From: a virus
Reading direction: 5' to 3' (one strand)
DNA length: 43,722 bases
Virus record (IMG/VR): IMGVR_UViG_3300047316_000096
Coordinates: 1 to 43,722 of that record
Shown: positions 16,139 through 24,936 of the stretch, in pieces
Position numbering within the stretch: position 1 is the first letter of the stretch
Layout: each line of letters opens with the position of its first letter
Translations under genes and position numbers: made by a program
Notes under the pieces: generated by a model
Told to the model about the DNA's origin: nothing
Seen by the model: the letters and a program-made list of their open reading frames with translations, nothing else
Databases searched by the model: none

Positions 16139-17577
16139 TGGTAGATCAATCCTACCCGCCTCAGGTGCAGCCGATTCAAGAGGCCGCCATGGCGCAAGGG
16201 GCCGGCGCTCTGCCGCAGACGCAGCCCGGCCCTCCGCAACCCGATCCGATGCAGCCTGATTTCTCGGCGGGCACCGCCTTGATCAAGGGCATGGGAGACC
16301 CGCTCGCGCAAGCGAACACGATGATCCAGCAGCGACGATCAGCCCTCGCGCCGCTCCAGGGTGACGTTAATCAGGCGGCGGGCAGGCTCAAGCAAGCCAC
16401 CGCCGCCAACGCCAACGCGCCACAGCAACAGGCCGGGCCCGAACCGCAACAGGGCATGGGCCTTCAGGCCGCCGGAGAATGGGTCGCAGTTGCCTCGGTG
16501 CTTGGTGCAATCGCGGGAGCGATGACGCGGCGCTCAGCTACAAACGCGCTGGCGGCCTTCACGGGAGCGCTCGAAGGAGTGCAGGCCGGCAATAAAGAGG
16601 CATTCGAGCAGAACAAAGTGAAATGGGAGCAGGAGAACAAGCGTATCAATCAGCAGCTCCAACAGGATAATGAGCGGCGCCGCGCCATCATGGAGGACGC
16701 CAAAACCGATCTTGAAACCAAGTTGTTGCTCTATCAGCAGGAGGCGGTTCGTCAGCGCGACGACATCGGCGTTCAGTTGTCGGCGCGCAAGGACGTGATG
16801 GCCATCGCGCAGCGCGACGATACGCTGGAAAGGGAACGGTTAAAGGGAGTCGAATCGTTTCAAAAGATGCAAGTGATGCTGGCGCACTACGGCGGCTCCG
16901 GTCAAAACGAGCAATCAATCGAAACACGGGTTGACCGGGCGATAGAGGGAGACCCCAGGTCCACACAGGGCATGCGCGCGGGATCACCGGACTATGCCGC
17001 CTATAGCAACGCTCTCTCGGAGCGGATGAAGAGAGAGGGTATCACCGCGAAAGACCTTGCCCAGCGGCAACAGCAATACAACGCACAGAACCGCGCTGAA
17101 ACAGGGTTTGGAACGGGGCCACAAGGCAATGCTCTGCGCTCGCTAAGCGTTGCCGATGCGCATCTTCAAACGCTGGATGAAATGGGGAAAGCACTCGGAA
17201 CCGGCAATGTTCAGCTCATTAATCAGTGGAAGAACGAGTGGAAACGCCAGACGGGCGAGGAAGCGCCAACAAACTTTGACGCCGTGAAGCAGATTGTGGC
17301 CGCCGAAGTGGTGAAAGCTGTCTCCGCGGCGGGTGGTGGAGTAACTGAACGCCTCGAAGCTTCAAAGGGAATCAATGACGCCCGATCGCCGCAGCAGTTG
17401 AGCGGCGCCATACAAAGCTACCGTTCCTTGTTGGCGGGGCAACGGGGTGGCTACAAGGATCAATACAAATCATCGACAGGTCGCGACGATTTCGACACGA
17501 GATTTCCTGCACCGAACGCGGGCGGGGGAGCAAGCGGAATGTCGGACGCCGAACTCAAGAAACAACTGGGGCTGTAA
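16138..17577 (+). CDS. Probable internal virion / ejection protein (about 479 aa)
   Basis: P/Q-rich N-terminus, hydrophobic segment WVAVASVLGAIAGAM and a long charged coiled-coil-like region. Its position matches the internal core genes of podoviruses. ATG 16138 is preferred over the TTG at 16120. Confidence 0.5.
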   Translation: MVDQSYPPQVQPIQEAAMAQGAGALPQTQPGPPQPDPMQPDFSAGTALIKGMGDPLAQANTMIQQRRSALAPLQGDVNQAAGRLKQATAANANAPQQQAGPEPQQGMGLQAAGEWVAVASVLGAIAGAMTRRSATNALAAFTGALEGVQAGNKEAFEQNKVKWEQENKRINQQLQQDNERRRAIMEDAKTDLETKLLLYQQEAVRQRDDIGVQLSARKDVMAIAQRDDTLERERLKGVESFQKMQVMLAHYGGSGQNEQSIETRVDRAIEGDPRSTQGMRAGSPDYAAYSNALSERMKREGITAKDLAQRQQQYNAQNRAETGFGTGPQGNALRSLSVADAHLQTLDEMGKALGTGNVQLINQWKNEWKRQTGEEAPTNFDAVKQIVAAEVVKAVSAAGGGVTERLEASKGINDARSPQQLSGAIQSYRSLLAGQRGGYKDQYKSSTGRDDFDTRFPAPNAGGGASGMSDAELKKQLGL

Positions 17578-19179
17578 GTGCCAGAAGACCGCGCAACACT
17601 TCTTGCGGAAGCCTATCGGCGGGGCATTCTCCCACCTGAGATGAAGTCCTCTTATGAGGAAGCGCAGAAGCGCGGTCTCGTTTCACAGCAATCATCGGGC
17701 GTGGCTGACTTCTTCAAATCCATTCCGCGCGGCATCGTCGGCGGCCTCGCCGGAGCGGCATCAGCCATGGGGCAAGCTGAGGCACCGTTGCAGGGAATGA
17801 GTGGAGTTCCGGGTGCCGAAGAATCAACGCAACTCGTTGAGCAAAACGTCACCGGACAATTGCCTAAGCCGCAGGGCACGGCGGGTAAGTTTGGGCGCAC
17901 GGTCGGGGAATTTCTCGGCAACCCCGCAACCTATCTCGGGCCAGGTAGCCTTCCAGCAAAGGCCCTCACTGGAGCGACTGCGGCCATCGGCTCTGAGGCG
18001 GCCGGTCAAGCGACCGAAGGAACATCGATGGAATTGCCGGCCAGGATTGCGGGCGGTCTCGTCGGTGCCAAGGCACCCAGCGTCGCAGCTCGCACCATTA
18101 CGCCGATCCCGACGCCGCCTTCCCGTCAGCAATACCGGCGCACGTTGGAGGCGGCCGACATCCCGTACACGGCTGGCCAGGGCACCGGCAATAAAGCGCT
18201 ACAATGGGCGGAGGGCCACCTTGGCGAAATGCCCGGAGCGGGCGGCGCGGCAGAGCGCGCCAACACCGGATCACAAGAAGCGTTCAACCGCTGGGCGCTG
18301 GAGCAGGCCGGTTTACCCGGGGCTGCAAAAGCCGATCAAGCCACGATCGATCGGATGTGGGGAGACCTCTACAATCGCTATGGGCAGATCACCGCAAACA
18401 ACAAAATGCGCCTCGATCAACAATGGTGGCAGGAATTTACCGACGCCACCCAGAACTATCATGACCTTGTAGGCGCTAATCGCTCACCCGCTGTTCAAAG
18501 AATAACCGATCAGATGACGAGGTTCATTGCCCAAAGAAATTTCGACATCCCAGGAGATGTGTACCAAGCAAACCGCTCTCAAATTGAACGCCTCGCGCGC
18601 GCCTCCAAGGCGGACCCGGAAGCGTCTCACGCACTGCGTGACATTGCGCGCGCGATGGATGACGCCTTTGAACGTGGCTTGGCAATCAACAATTCGCCCG
18701 ATCTAGGGCAATTTCGAGAACTTCGCGCCCAATATCGCAATGCCACCGCTATTGAAAAAGCGATCGGCGTGGGCGCCAAGTCGGATGACATCCCGCCCGG
18801 CAGGCTACGCCAGCAGCTTTTGATCCAAGATCGTCGATCCTACCGACGCGGAACCCGCGACATGGCGGAAACCACGCAGGCCGCAGACAAAATCCTCGCG
18901 CCGTTGCCGCAGTCTGGAACGGCGCCGCGGGCGGCCATGCAGGGCATTTCGAGCGGCTTGGGGGCCACAATGGGGGCCGCCATGGGCGGGCCGGCCGCGA
19001 GCGTTCCGGCGGCGATTGGCGGTGCGCTGGCTCCCGGCGTGGCAGGGCGTGTACTTCACTCGCCGCCCGTCCAAGGATACCTCGGCAACGAACTCGTCAA
19101 CCAGCAATTCCCCTACGCTGGGACGCGCGCACTGCTTCCATCTGCCGGATCGGCTCTTGAGCAGGAGCAAGGACCGTGA
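17578..19179 (+). CDS. Probable internal virion / ejection protein (533 aa)
   Basis: GTG start directly after the upstream TAA. It is a large protein in the core-protein position. No enzymatic motif recognised. Confidence 0.5.
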   Translation: MPEDRATLLAEAYRRGILPPEMKSSYEEAQKRGLVSQQSSGVADFFKSIPRGIVGGLAGAASAMGQAEAPLQGMSGVPGAEESTQLVEQNVTGQLPKPQGTAGKFGRTVGEFLGNPATYLGPGSLPAKALTGATAAIGSEAAGQATEGTSMELPARIAGGLVGAKAPSVAARTITPIPTPPSRQQYRRTLEAADIPYTAGQGTGNKALQWAEGHLGEMPGAGGAAERANTGSQEAFNRWALEQAGLPGAAKADQATIDRMWGDLYNRYGQITANNKMRLDQQWWQEFTDATQNYHDLVGANRSPAVQRITDQMTRFIAQRNFDIPGDVYQANRSQIERLARASKADPEASHALRDIARAMDDAFERGLAINNSPDLGQFRELRAQYRNATAIEKAIGVGAKSDDIPPGRLRQQLLIQDRRSYRRGTRDMAETTQAADKILAPLPQSGTAPRAAMQGISSGLGATMGAAMGGPAASVPAAIGGALAPGVAGRVLHSPPVQGYLGNELVNQQFPYAGTRALLPSAGSALEQEQGP

Positions 19180-19370
19180 ATGTGACACTTCGGTTGCATC
19201 CGACATTGTTGCGGCACCTTCGCCGCATTGCAAAAGACGAGGATCGCAGCCTCAACGCTCAAATCGTTCGCATGATGCGAGAGGCAGTGAAACCCCGCCC
19301 AGGATCGGCCTCTGGGGCGGGTCTAGTGTCCGGCCGCCTCGGGCGCGCAGCGCGGGGCGGCCGGGCATGA
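19176..19370 (+). CDS. Arc/MetJ-type ribbon-helix-helix DNA-binding protein
   Basis: N-terminal VTLRLHPTLLRHLRRIAKDEDRSLNAQIVRMMREAV matches the Arc-family beta-strand/helix/helix pattern. GTGA overlap with the upstream stop. Confidence 0.6.
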   Translation: MNVTLRLHPTLLRHLRRIAKDEDRSLNAQIVRMMREAVKPRPGSASGAGLVSGRLGRAARGGRA

Positions 19371-19561
19371 CCAAAACGGCCAAACCGGCGGCCGACGTGT
19401 TCCTTGACACGCTGGAAAAGGCGATCGTGAAGCAGCTTCAGAGCACCAAGACCAGCGGCAAGGATCGCAATCAAGCGATTGCGAACGGGATCAAATTGGC
19501 GCAAATTCGCCATCGGATTAACCCGGACGACGACCAAGGGGAGTTCTTTGGTGGCAAATGA
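19367..19561 (+). CDS. Hypothetical protein (64 aa)
   Basis: ATGA overlap with the RHH gene stop. In frame with the longer track ORF 19016..19561, whose upstream part overlaps real genes. Confidence 0.45.
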   Translation: MTKTAKPAADVFLDTLEKAIVKQLQSTKTSGKDRNQAIANGIKLAQIRHRINPDDDQGEFFGGK

Positions 19562-19574
19562 GCAACAAAACGTG

Positions 19575-19856
19575 ATGCAGATGCCGCAGCAGGCGCCGCC
19601 GCCGCGCTTTCAGCCCGTCGTTGACCAGCCGGCCGGCCCGTCCGAAACGGACCTCACGCCGTCGCTGATCCACATGGCGAGGGCCGTGGCCGCAATCTGC
19701 GCGACGCGGCTGCTGCTCCTGCTCGCCGTGCTATTCTCCGGGGTGAGCCTGATCTGGACCATCGCTGATCCGGTGCAGCTTCGAATCATTGCGCTCGGGG
19801 TCTACGCCGGCGTGGTAATCTGGCCGCTCGTGGTTCTTAATTGGAGGCGAGGATGA
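19575..19856 (+). CDS. Small membrane protein (two predicted TM helices)
   Basis: Hydrophobic stretches AVAAICATRLLLLLAVLFSGVSLIW and IIALGVYAGVVIWPLVVL. Start uncertain (GTG 19551/19572 or ATG 19575). Confidence 0.5.
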   Translation: MQMPQQAPPPRFQPVVDQPAGPSETDLTPSLIHMARAVAAICATRLLLLLAVLFSGVSLIWTIADPVQLRIIALGVYAGVVIWPLVVLNWRRG

Positions 19857-19939
19857 ACGTATTTCGTGGCGTCGTCGTCGGCACGATGATTGAAGCTCTC
19901 GTCATCGTCAGCGCTCTACTAATCCTGAGGATGATCTGA
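19853..19939 (+). CDS. Micro membrane peptide (28 aa)
   Basis: ATGA overlap upstream and TGATG overlap downstream. The peptide MNVFRGVVVGTMIEALVIVSALLILRMI is a single TM helix. Confidence 0.35.
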   Translation: MNVFRGVVVGTMIEALVIVSALLILRMI

Positions 19940-20268
19940 TGTCCCTCCGAATCACCAGCGAATTGATTCACGTCATCGTCAACTCGTCTTCCAACACAAT
20001 CGCGCTGGTGGCCGCTGTGCCGACCAAGCGGGTTGGCATCTTCCGGGTGGCGCTGGTGGTCGGGGGCGCCACCACAGTAACGTTTCAGGACACCGCCGGA
20101 GTCGCACTGAGCGGCCCTTACTCTATGGCCGCAAACGGTTCGATTACGCTAGACGTGTCGTCCAACATGGACTCGTGGTGGAACAGTTCCACGGGTTTCG
20201 GGGTGCAGTTGGTGCAGAATAGCGGGCAAGCGATCGGCGGGGACGTTTGGTGCCTTCAAGGACCGTGA
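19939..20268 (+). CDS. Hypothetical beta-rich protein (109 aa), possible member of the fibre-associated domain family
   Basis: ORF with coupled start. The pattern IALVAAVPTKRVGIFRVALVVGG...TVTFQD resembles the C-terminal domains of 20428 and 21359. Confidence 0.5.
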   Translation: MSLRITSELIHVIVNSSSNTIALVAAVPTKRVGIFRVALVVGGATTVTFQDTAGVALSGPYSMAANGSITLDVSSNMDSWWNSSTGFGVQLVQNSGQAIGGDVWCLQGP

Positions 20269-20269
20269 C

Positions 20270-20428
20270 ATGAGCTCGATCAACGCAGGCGGTGGCGGGC
20301 TTCAAAACCCGTCCGACATTTTCAACCCGTCCGGTGGAGGACCACCGCCATACAGTCCAAGCCTTGACTTCAGCGACGCGCGGAACAGCCAGTACATCGC
20401 TTTGCTGATCATATTAGGATTCCTCTGA
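20270..20428 (+). CDS. Small tail-anchored membrane protein (52 aa)
   Basis: Not in the ORF track. G/P/S-rich N-terminus and C-terminal YIALLIILGFL. Its stop overlaps ATG 20428. Confidence 0.35.
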   Translation: MSSINAGGGGLQNPSDIFNPSGGGPPPYSPSLDFSDARNSQYIALLIILGFL

Positions 20429-21354
20429 TGGCTGACAACATCACGGTCAAGGATGCCTCGGGTAACCCCGTCGTTCTGCGATTGAAGGACGTTGGGGCGG
20501 GTGTTGAGGCTGGACTGAGTATCCCCGCTGACGCCACCGGAACAATCGCCTGGGGCACGGCAGGCGCCGCCAACGCCAACGTCATGAGCGTGCAGGGCAT
20601 CGCGAGTGGAACGGCGCTGCCAATCTCGGGTTCCGTATCGCTAACTGGTGCCACCAATAATATCAACAATATCTCTGGCACGGTTTCGCTTCCTACGGGG
20701 GCCGCCAATGCGGTAGCACAAGCGTCTACCACGTCCGGCCAAACCGGCACTCTGATGCAGGGTGCAGTTAAGTTTGCGGCGCCTACTTATGTTGATGGGC
20801 AGACTTCGCCCCTTAGCCTAGACGTTGCTGGCAATGTGCGGGTTAGCATTTTATCTGGCACTTTAAGTGGTCTCGCGCTAGAGACCGGGGGCAACCTCGC
20901 AAAGATTGCCACATCTTCCACGAACATTACTGCCGGTGCTGCCGCAGCCACGACATCGCTCGTCGTTGGCACACGCTACCTGTCCGCCGCGCCGACGTTC
21001 ACCAACGGGCAAGAGGGCGCCCTACAAATCGACGCCAACGGCAAGCTGTTGGTGGCTGGAACATTCTCGGCGACGCCCGCCGTCAACTCGTACACGCACA
21101 TCGCGACAGCGACGACCACGAACGGCATCAAGAGCGGCGCGGGCACGCTGTCTCGCATCGTCGTCAACCAGACCGGGACCGTGGCCTCCCTCATTTCGGT
21201 ATTCGACAACACGACCGCCACCGGCACGACGATTGCAATCATCGACGGGCTAACACGCACCGGCAACTACGACTATGAATTGGCTTTCGCAACTGGGCTG
21301 TCGATCATCACAACCGGGACCGCCGCGCCTGACATAACGGTTGTGTGGAGGTGA
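20428..21354 (+). CDS. Tail fibre-like / receptor-binding-like protein (308 aa)
   Basis: T/S/G/A-rich beta-type sequence. It shares STTSGQTG.L..GAV...P.Y..GQT and a C-terminal domain with the next ORF. Confidence 0.5.
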   Translation: MADNITVKDASGNPVVLRLKDVGAGVEAGLSIPADATGTIAWGTAGAANANVMSVQGIASGTALPISGSVSLTGATNNINNISGTVSLPTGAANAVAQASTTSGQTGTLMQGAVKFAAPTYVDGQTSPLSLDVAGNVRVSILSGTLSGLALETGGNLAKIATSSTNITAGAAAATTSLVVGTRYLSAAPTFTNGQEGALQIDANGKLLVAGTFSATPAVNSYTHIATATTTNGIKSGAGTLSRIVVNQTGTVASLISVFDNTTATGTTIAIIDGLTRTGNYDYELAFATGLSIITTGTAAPDITVVWR

Positions 21355-21358
21355 CGCC

Positions 21359-21979
21359 GTGAAAAACTTTCTCTGGTTTATTGTTGGATTGTTGGTCGCG
21401 TCCGGCGCCGTGGTCGCGCAAAACATGACGCTGACCGAGACGCTACTTACGTCCCTTGTGACGGCCACGACGGGACTATCGGCAGGGTCCACGACCTCTG
21501 GGCAGACCGGCTCGATGGTGATGGGCGCGGTCAGCGCGAGCCCCCCGTCGTACACGACGGGTCAGACCAACTACGCCTCTCTTGCGCTCACCGGAGGTCT
21601 ACGTTCGAACTTGACTGCGGACGCCACGGGCGGGTGTACGCCAACCCACGTCCTGAGCGCGGCAACAACGAACTCCACCAACATCAAGAACGCTGCCGGA
21701 ACCTTGTGCTCGGTGACGATCATCAACAACACCGCGACCGCGGCGGACTTTCGCTTGTATAATCTATCGTCCGCGCCGACATGCAGTTCTGCGACTGGTG
21801 TGGTTGCCAACTACGGCATCCAGGCCAACACTACGAGTCCAGGCCTATCCCCCAATCTCGGCACGTACGGGATGAATTTCGACACGGGTATCGGCTTTTG
21901 CCTCACCGCATACGACGGAACGGATACCAATAACACCGCTTCCGTTACCGGCATCCAAATCAACTTGGCGTACAAATAA
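21359..21979 (+). CDS. Sec-signal-peptide protein paralogous to the C-terminal part of the 20428 fibre-like protein
   Basis: GGAGG at 21347-21351 lies 7 nt before GTG 21359. The N-terminus (M)KNFLWFIVGLLVASGAVVA-Q is a signal peptide. The STTSGQTGSMVMGAV and NIKNAAGTLCSVTIINN motifs parallel those in 20428..21354. Confidence 0.55.
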   Translation: MKNFLWFIVGLLVASGAVVAQNMTLTETLLTSLVTATTGLSAGSTTSGQTGSMVMGAVSASPPSYTTGQTNYASLALTGGLRSNLTADATGGCTPTHVLSAATTNSTNIKNAAGTLCSVTIINNTATAADFRLYNLSSAPTCSSATGVVANYGIQANTTSPGLSPNLGTYGMNFDTGIGFCLTAYDGTDTNNTASVTGIQINLAYK

Positions 21980-22656
21980 TGTGGCGCATTCTAGTAGTAT
22001 TGCTCATCGGCCTACTGCCCGCGTCGGCGCAGTTGATCGGCGAGGGCGTGTTTCGAACGGTGCCTAGCAGTGCTGTTTGCGCCATCGCGTTGGACGGCAC
22101 TCCCGTAAATGGCAATAATGGCAGCAGCGGAGACGTTGTTTTATCGGCAATGACCGGGTTGATGGCCGGAGATGTGATCGTTGTGTTTGCCGCACAATCC
22201 GGAGCCCCAAGCGCGCCAACGGTTTCCGATACCGGGGGCAGTTCGGGTTGGGGTACACCGAGAGTCTCGTCCCTTAATTTAAATGAATTTGCGGCAGTGC
22301 TGTCCGGCACCTCAACAACAATTACCGTACATGTCGGCGGCGCGGGCGCCTATTTGGAAGCCATAGCTTTTGCGATATCTGGCGCAAATACTTCCAGCAT
22401 ATTCGATGCGAACGGCGCCTTGCCGGCGACCGGCTCAACCTCGGTGAGCATTACTACCAGCAACGCGCATGACATGCTCATTGCCGGAGCTAATGCCGGC
22501 TCGCTGGGATTTCCCACTTCTACCTGGACAACGGTCATTAACGGGAGCTTTACCGAGGCTCAATACAAGAACGTGCTCGCCACGCAGTCCGGCACGATGG
22601 TGACCGATGCCGGCTCGCTTCATATGATAGGGGACGCCATACAGTGCGCTCACTAG
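21979..22656 (+). CDS. Sec-signal-peptide protein (225 aa), function unknown
   Basis: The N-terminus MWRILVVLLIGLLPASA-Q has n-, h- and AxA c-regions. The start overlaps the upstream TAA (TAATG). Confidence 0.55.
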   Translation: MWRILVVLLIGLLPASAQLIGEGVFRTVPSSAVCAIALDGTPVNGNNGSSGDVVLSAMTGLMAGDVIVVFAAQSGAPSAPTVSDTGGSSGWGTPRVSSLNLNEFAAVLSGTSTTITVHVGGAGAYLEAIAFAISGANTSSIFDANGALPATGSTSVSITTSNAHDMLIAGANAGSLGFPTSTWTTVINGSFTEAQYKNVLATQSGTMVTDAGSLHMIGDAIQCAH

Positions 22657-24935
22657 CATCACTATTCTTGGCGCTGTGCTTAACGACGATGGTTGCCGAT
22701 GCGCAGTCCGGCCGCCTCAGAATGTCGGGGCACGCTCAGAACCCAAATCATACATCCATTCTTGGAATAAATCTCAATTCCCCGGTGTACTACTCGTCGG
22801 AAGTTCCGTTCATCAACGTCATGAAGACGGCCGATCAGTGGTCGGTTACGGGAGGATCAGGGCTCCGGGCGGACATTAACCTAGACAGCAACGGCTATCC
22901 GACCTCAATGACGTTGCTCAATGGCGGCGGCACGGCCACGTCTTTTTCGACCTCTATGCTGTTTGCGCTGCCGAACGCTCCCAGCGGCAGCGACACGATG
23001 CGTCCCGGAACGTATGTGCTGCTTTATAGCGGCGCCGGATCGGTAGCCCTTGGCGGCGACGCGGTATCGGTTGGGTCAGGCGGAGCGGGCCGTTGGATTT
23101 ACAGTGTTCCGGCACAAGCGGGCCAAATTACGCTCGCCATAACCGCAACCCCCGTCACCAACATCGCCATCATCTACAGCCCCGGCTCTCTTACAAACGG
23201 AACGCTTGGGACAAACGAGGACGCTTATGTAAACCATGGCGCGATCTTCAATCCCGACTTCCTCGTCAAGATGAAGCCGTTTGTCGCTTTCCGCGCTGGA
23301 TTGACATGGCAGTGGATATTGGGAAGCACTAGTCAGAATTGGTCGGAACGAACTCCACTCACCTACTACAGTTACACACACCAGTCCGCCGATGGGATGT
23401 TGCCTGCCGCCTCGAATGTCGGTGTGCCCCCCGAAGTAAATATTGCGTTATGCAACGCGTTGAATGCAGATTGCTGGATAAATATTCCTTTTGAGTACAC
23501 AGATAGCGCCATGAGTTCCTATGCCAGCATGGCGCTGGCGAACCTAAACCCTAATCTCAAATTATATTTGGAATACGGCAACGAGGTGTGGAACTCGGGA
23601 GCACTTGGCGGTGCCATATTCACCTACATGAAGACGCAAGGCTATGCGACCTTTCCCGGAGCAATTAGCGATTTCGACGCATATTATTCCTGTTCTATGC
23701 ACCGAGCGGTGCGGGCGATGGACCTGTGGTCTGCCGTGTGGACCGGAGGAAATGCCAGCCGTCTTATTCGCGTTTTAAGCGGACAAAACGGATTCGACAT
23801 TACTAGTGGGACGAACCAGCTTACTTTGGACTTCCCCGCAAACCATGGGGGCGCCACTTCTGGCTGCATCAACGGGGGTGCGCTCTACACGGGGGTCGCG
23901 TACCAGCATGTGGACGCGATGGCGACCGCGCCGTATTTTGGAACACCCGTGCCTTCTGCTTGGACAGCGGATTACACCAACGGTCTAAACAATCTGTTCA
24001 CTGAGATCATGTCAGGTGGCATGACGCCCACGGCGCTTGTGACTGGCAATTGCGGATCAGGTGCGGGCAAGACGTGTTCGACGACACCGCAGACATTCAC
24101 CGTCACGAGCGGGTCTAGTTTCTCCGGTGTCCCCGCCAACGGCACCTGCCGCGCCATCAGTTTTACCACCAGCAACGGTGGAAATGTGTCTGTCACCAAT
24201 GCGACACCAGCCGTCGTGACGTGGACCGGAAGTAATCTAACCGCAGGGACAGCCATCAGGTTTGGTGGAACCGGAGGCGGTATCGTTGGCGGAACGATCT
24301 ACTATGTGATTACAGCTGGGCTGGGCGCTAACAGTTTTGAGTTTTCCACCTCCCTTGGAGGCTCTGCGTTCAACACATCCGCCACGCTGTCAACAAATGC
24401 TTGGACGATTGCGCCTACCATTCAATTCGACAGCGAGGCAGCTTATCCTTACGTGAAAACTGACGGCTCGTCGTTTGATTTTGCATTTGCCGCACAACAA
24501 TCAATGGTGTGCTTCACGAACCAGACTTCGGCGGGTGCTGTAACGCCGTCATGGTGGAATACGGATGCCTTCTCGACGGCACTCGGATACCCAGGCGGTA
24601 TGTTGAAGCAAGTAGAAGATTTTTATACTGCCGATAAGACGCTCATTACAGGGTCTCCCTATTTCTTACGTCTGTTGATGTACGAGGGTGGTGAGTCTTT
24701 AGTCGCATCCGCCTCGCCTACTTTGATGACAAACTTTTTTCAGGCGAGTAGCCGGGATTCGCGCATGGGGCTTGCCTACGCTTCGTTGTTTGCGGCGCTC
24801 AAGGCAACCAACAACGATGTTATGTTCCCATTCCAAGACATCGGAAAGAACAGCTTCAACGGTAACTGGGGTGCCCTTGAGAACGTGACGCAGACGCAAT
24901 CGCCGAAGTACGGCACATTGATGAATTTCAAATAA
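22644..24935 (+). CDS. Secreted glycoside-hydrolase-like protein (763 aa), candidate polysaccharide depolymerase
   Basis: Signal peptide (M)RSLASLFLALCLTTMVADA-Q. LYLEYGNEVWN resembles the acid/base NE motif of (beta/alpha)8 clan GH-A enzymes, and LLMYEGGESL is a candidate nucleophile strand. The family cannot be assigned by eye. Confidence 0.55.
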   Translation: MRSLASLFLALCLTTMVADAQSGRLRMSGHAQNPNHTSILGINLNSPVYYSSEVPFINVMKTADQWSVTGGSGLRADINLDSNGYPTSMTLLNGGGTATSFSTSMLFALPNAPSGSDTMRPGTYVLLYSGAGSVALGGDAVSVGSGGAGRWIYSVPAQAGQITLAITATPVTNIAIIYSPGSLTNGTLGTNEDAYVNHGAIFNPDFLVKMKPFVAFRAGLTWQWILGSTSQNWSERTPLTYYSYTHQSADGMLPAASNVGVPPEVNIALCNALNADCWINIPFEYTDSAMSSYASMALANLNPNLKLYLEYGNEVWNSGALGGAIFTYMKTQGYATFPGAISDFDAYYSCSMHRAVRAMDLWSAVWTGGNASRLIRVLSGQNGFDITSGTNQLTLDFPANHGGATSGCINGGALYTGVAYQHVDAMATAPYFGTPVPSAWTADYTNGLNNLFTEIMSGGMTPTALVTGNCGSGAGKTCSTTPQTFTVTSGSSFSGVPANGTCRAISFTTSNGGNVSVTNATPAVVTWTGSNLTAGTAIRFGGTGGGIVGGTIYYVITAGLGANSFEFSTSLGGSAFNTSATLSTNAWTIAPTIQFDSEAAYPYVKTDGSSFDFAFAAQQSMVCFTNQTSAGAVTPSWWNTDAFSTALGYPGGMLKQVEDFYTADKTLITGSPYFLRLLMYEGGESLVASASPTLMTNFFQASSRDSRMGLAYASLFAALKATNNDVMFPFQDIGKNSFNGNWGALENVTQTQSPKYGTLMNFK

Positions 24936-24936
24936 C

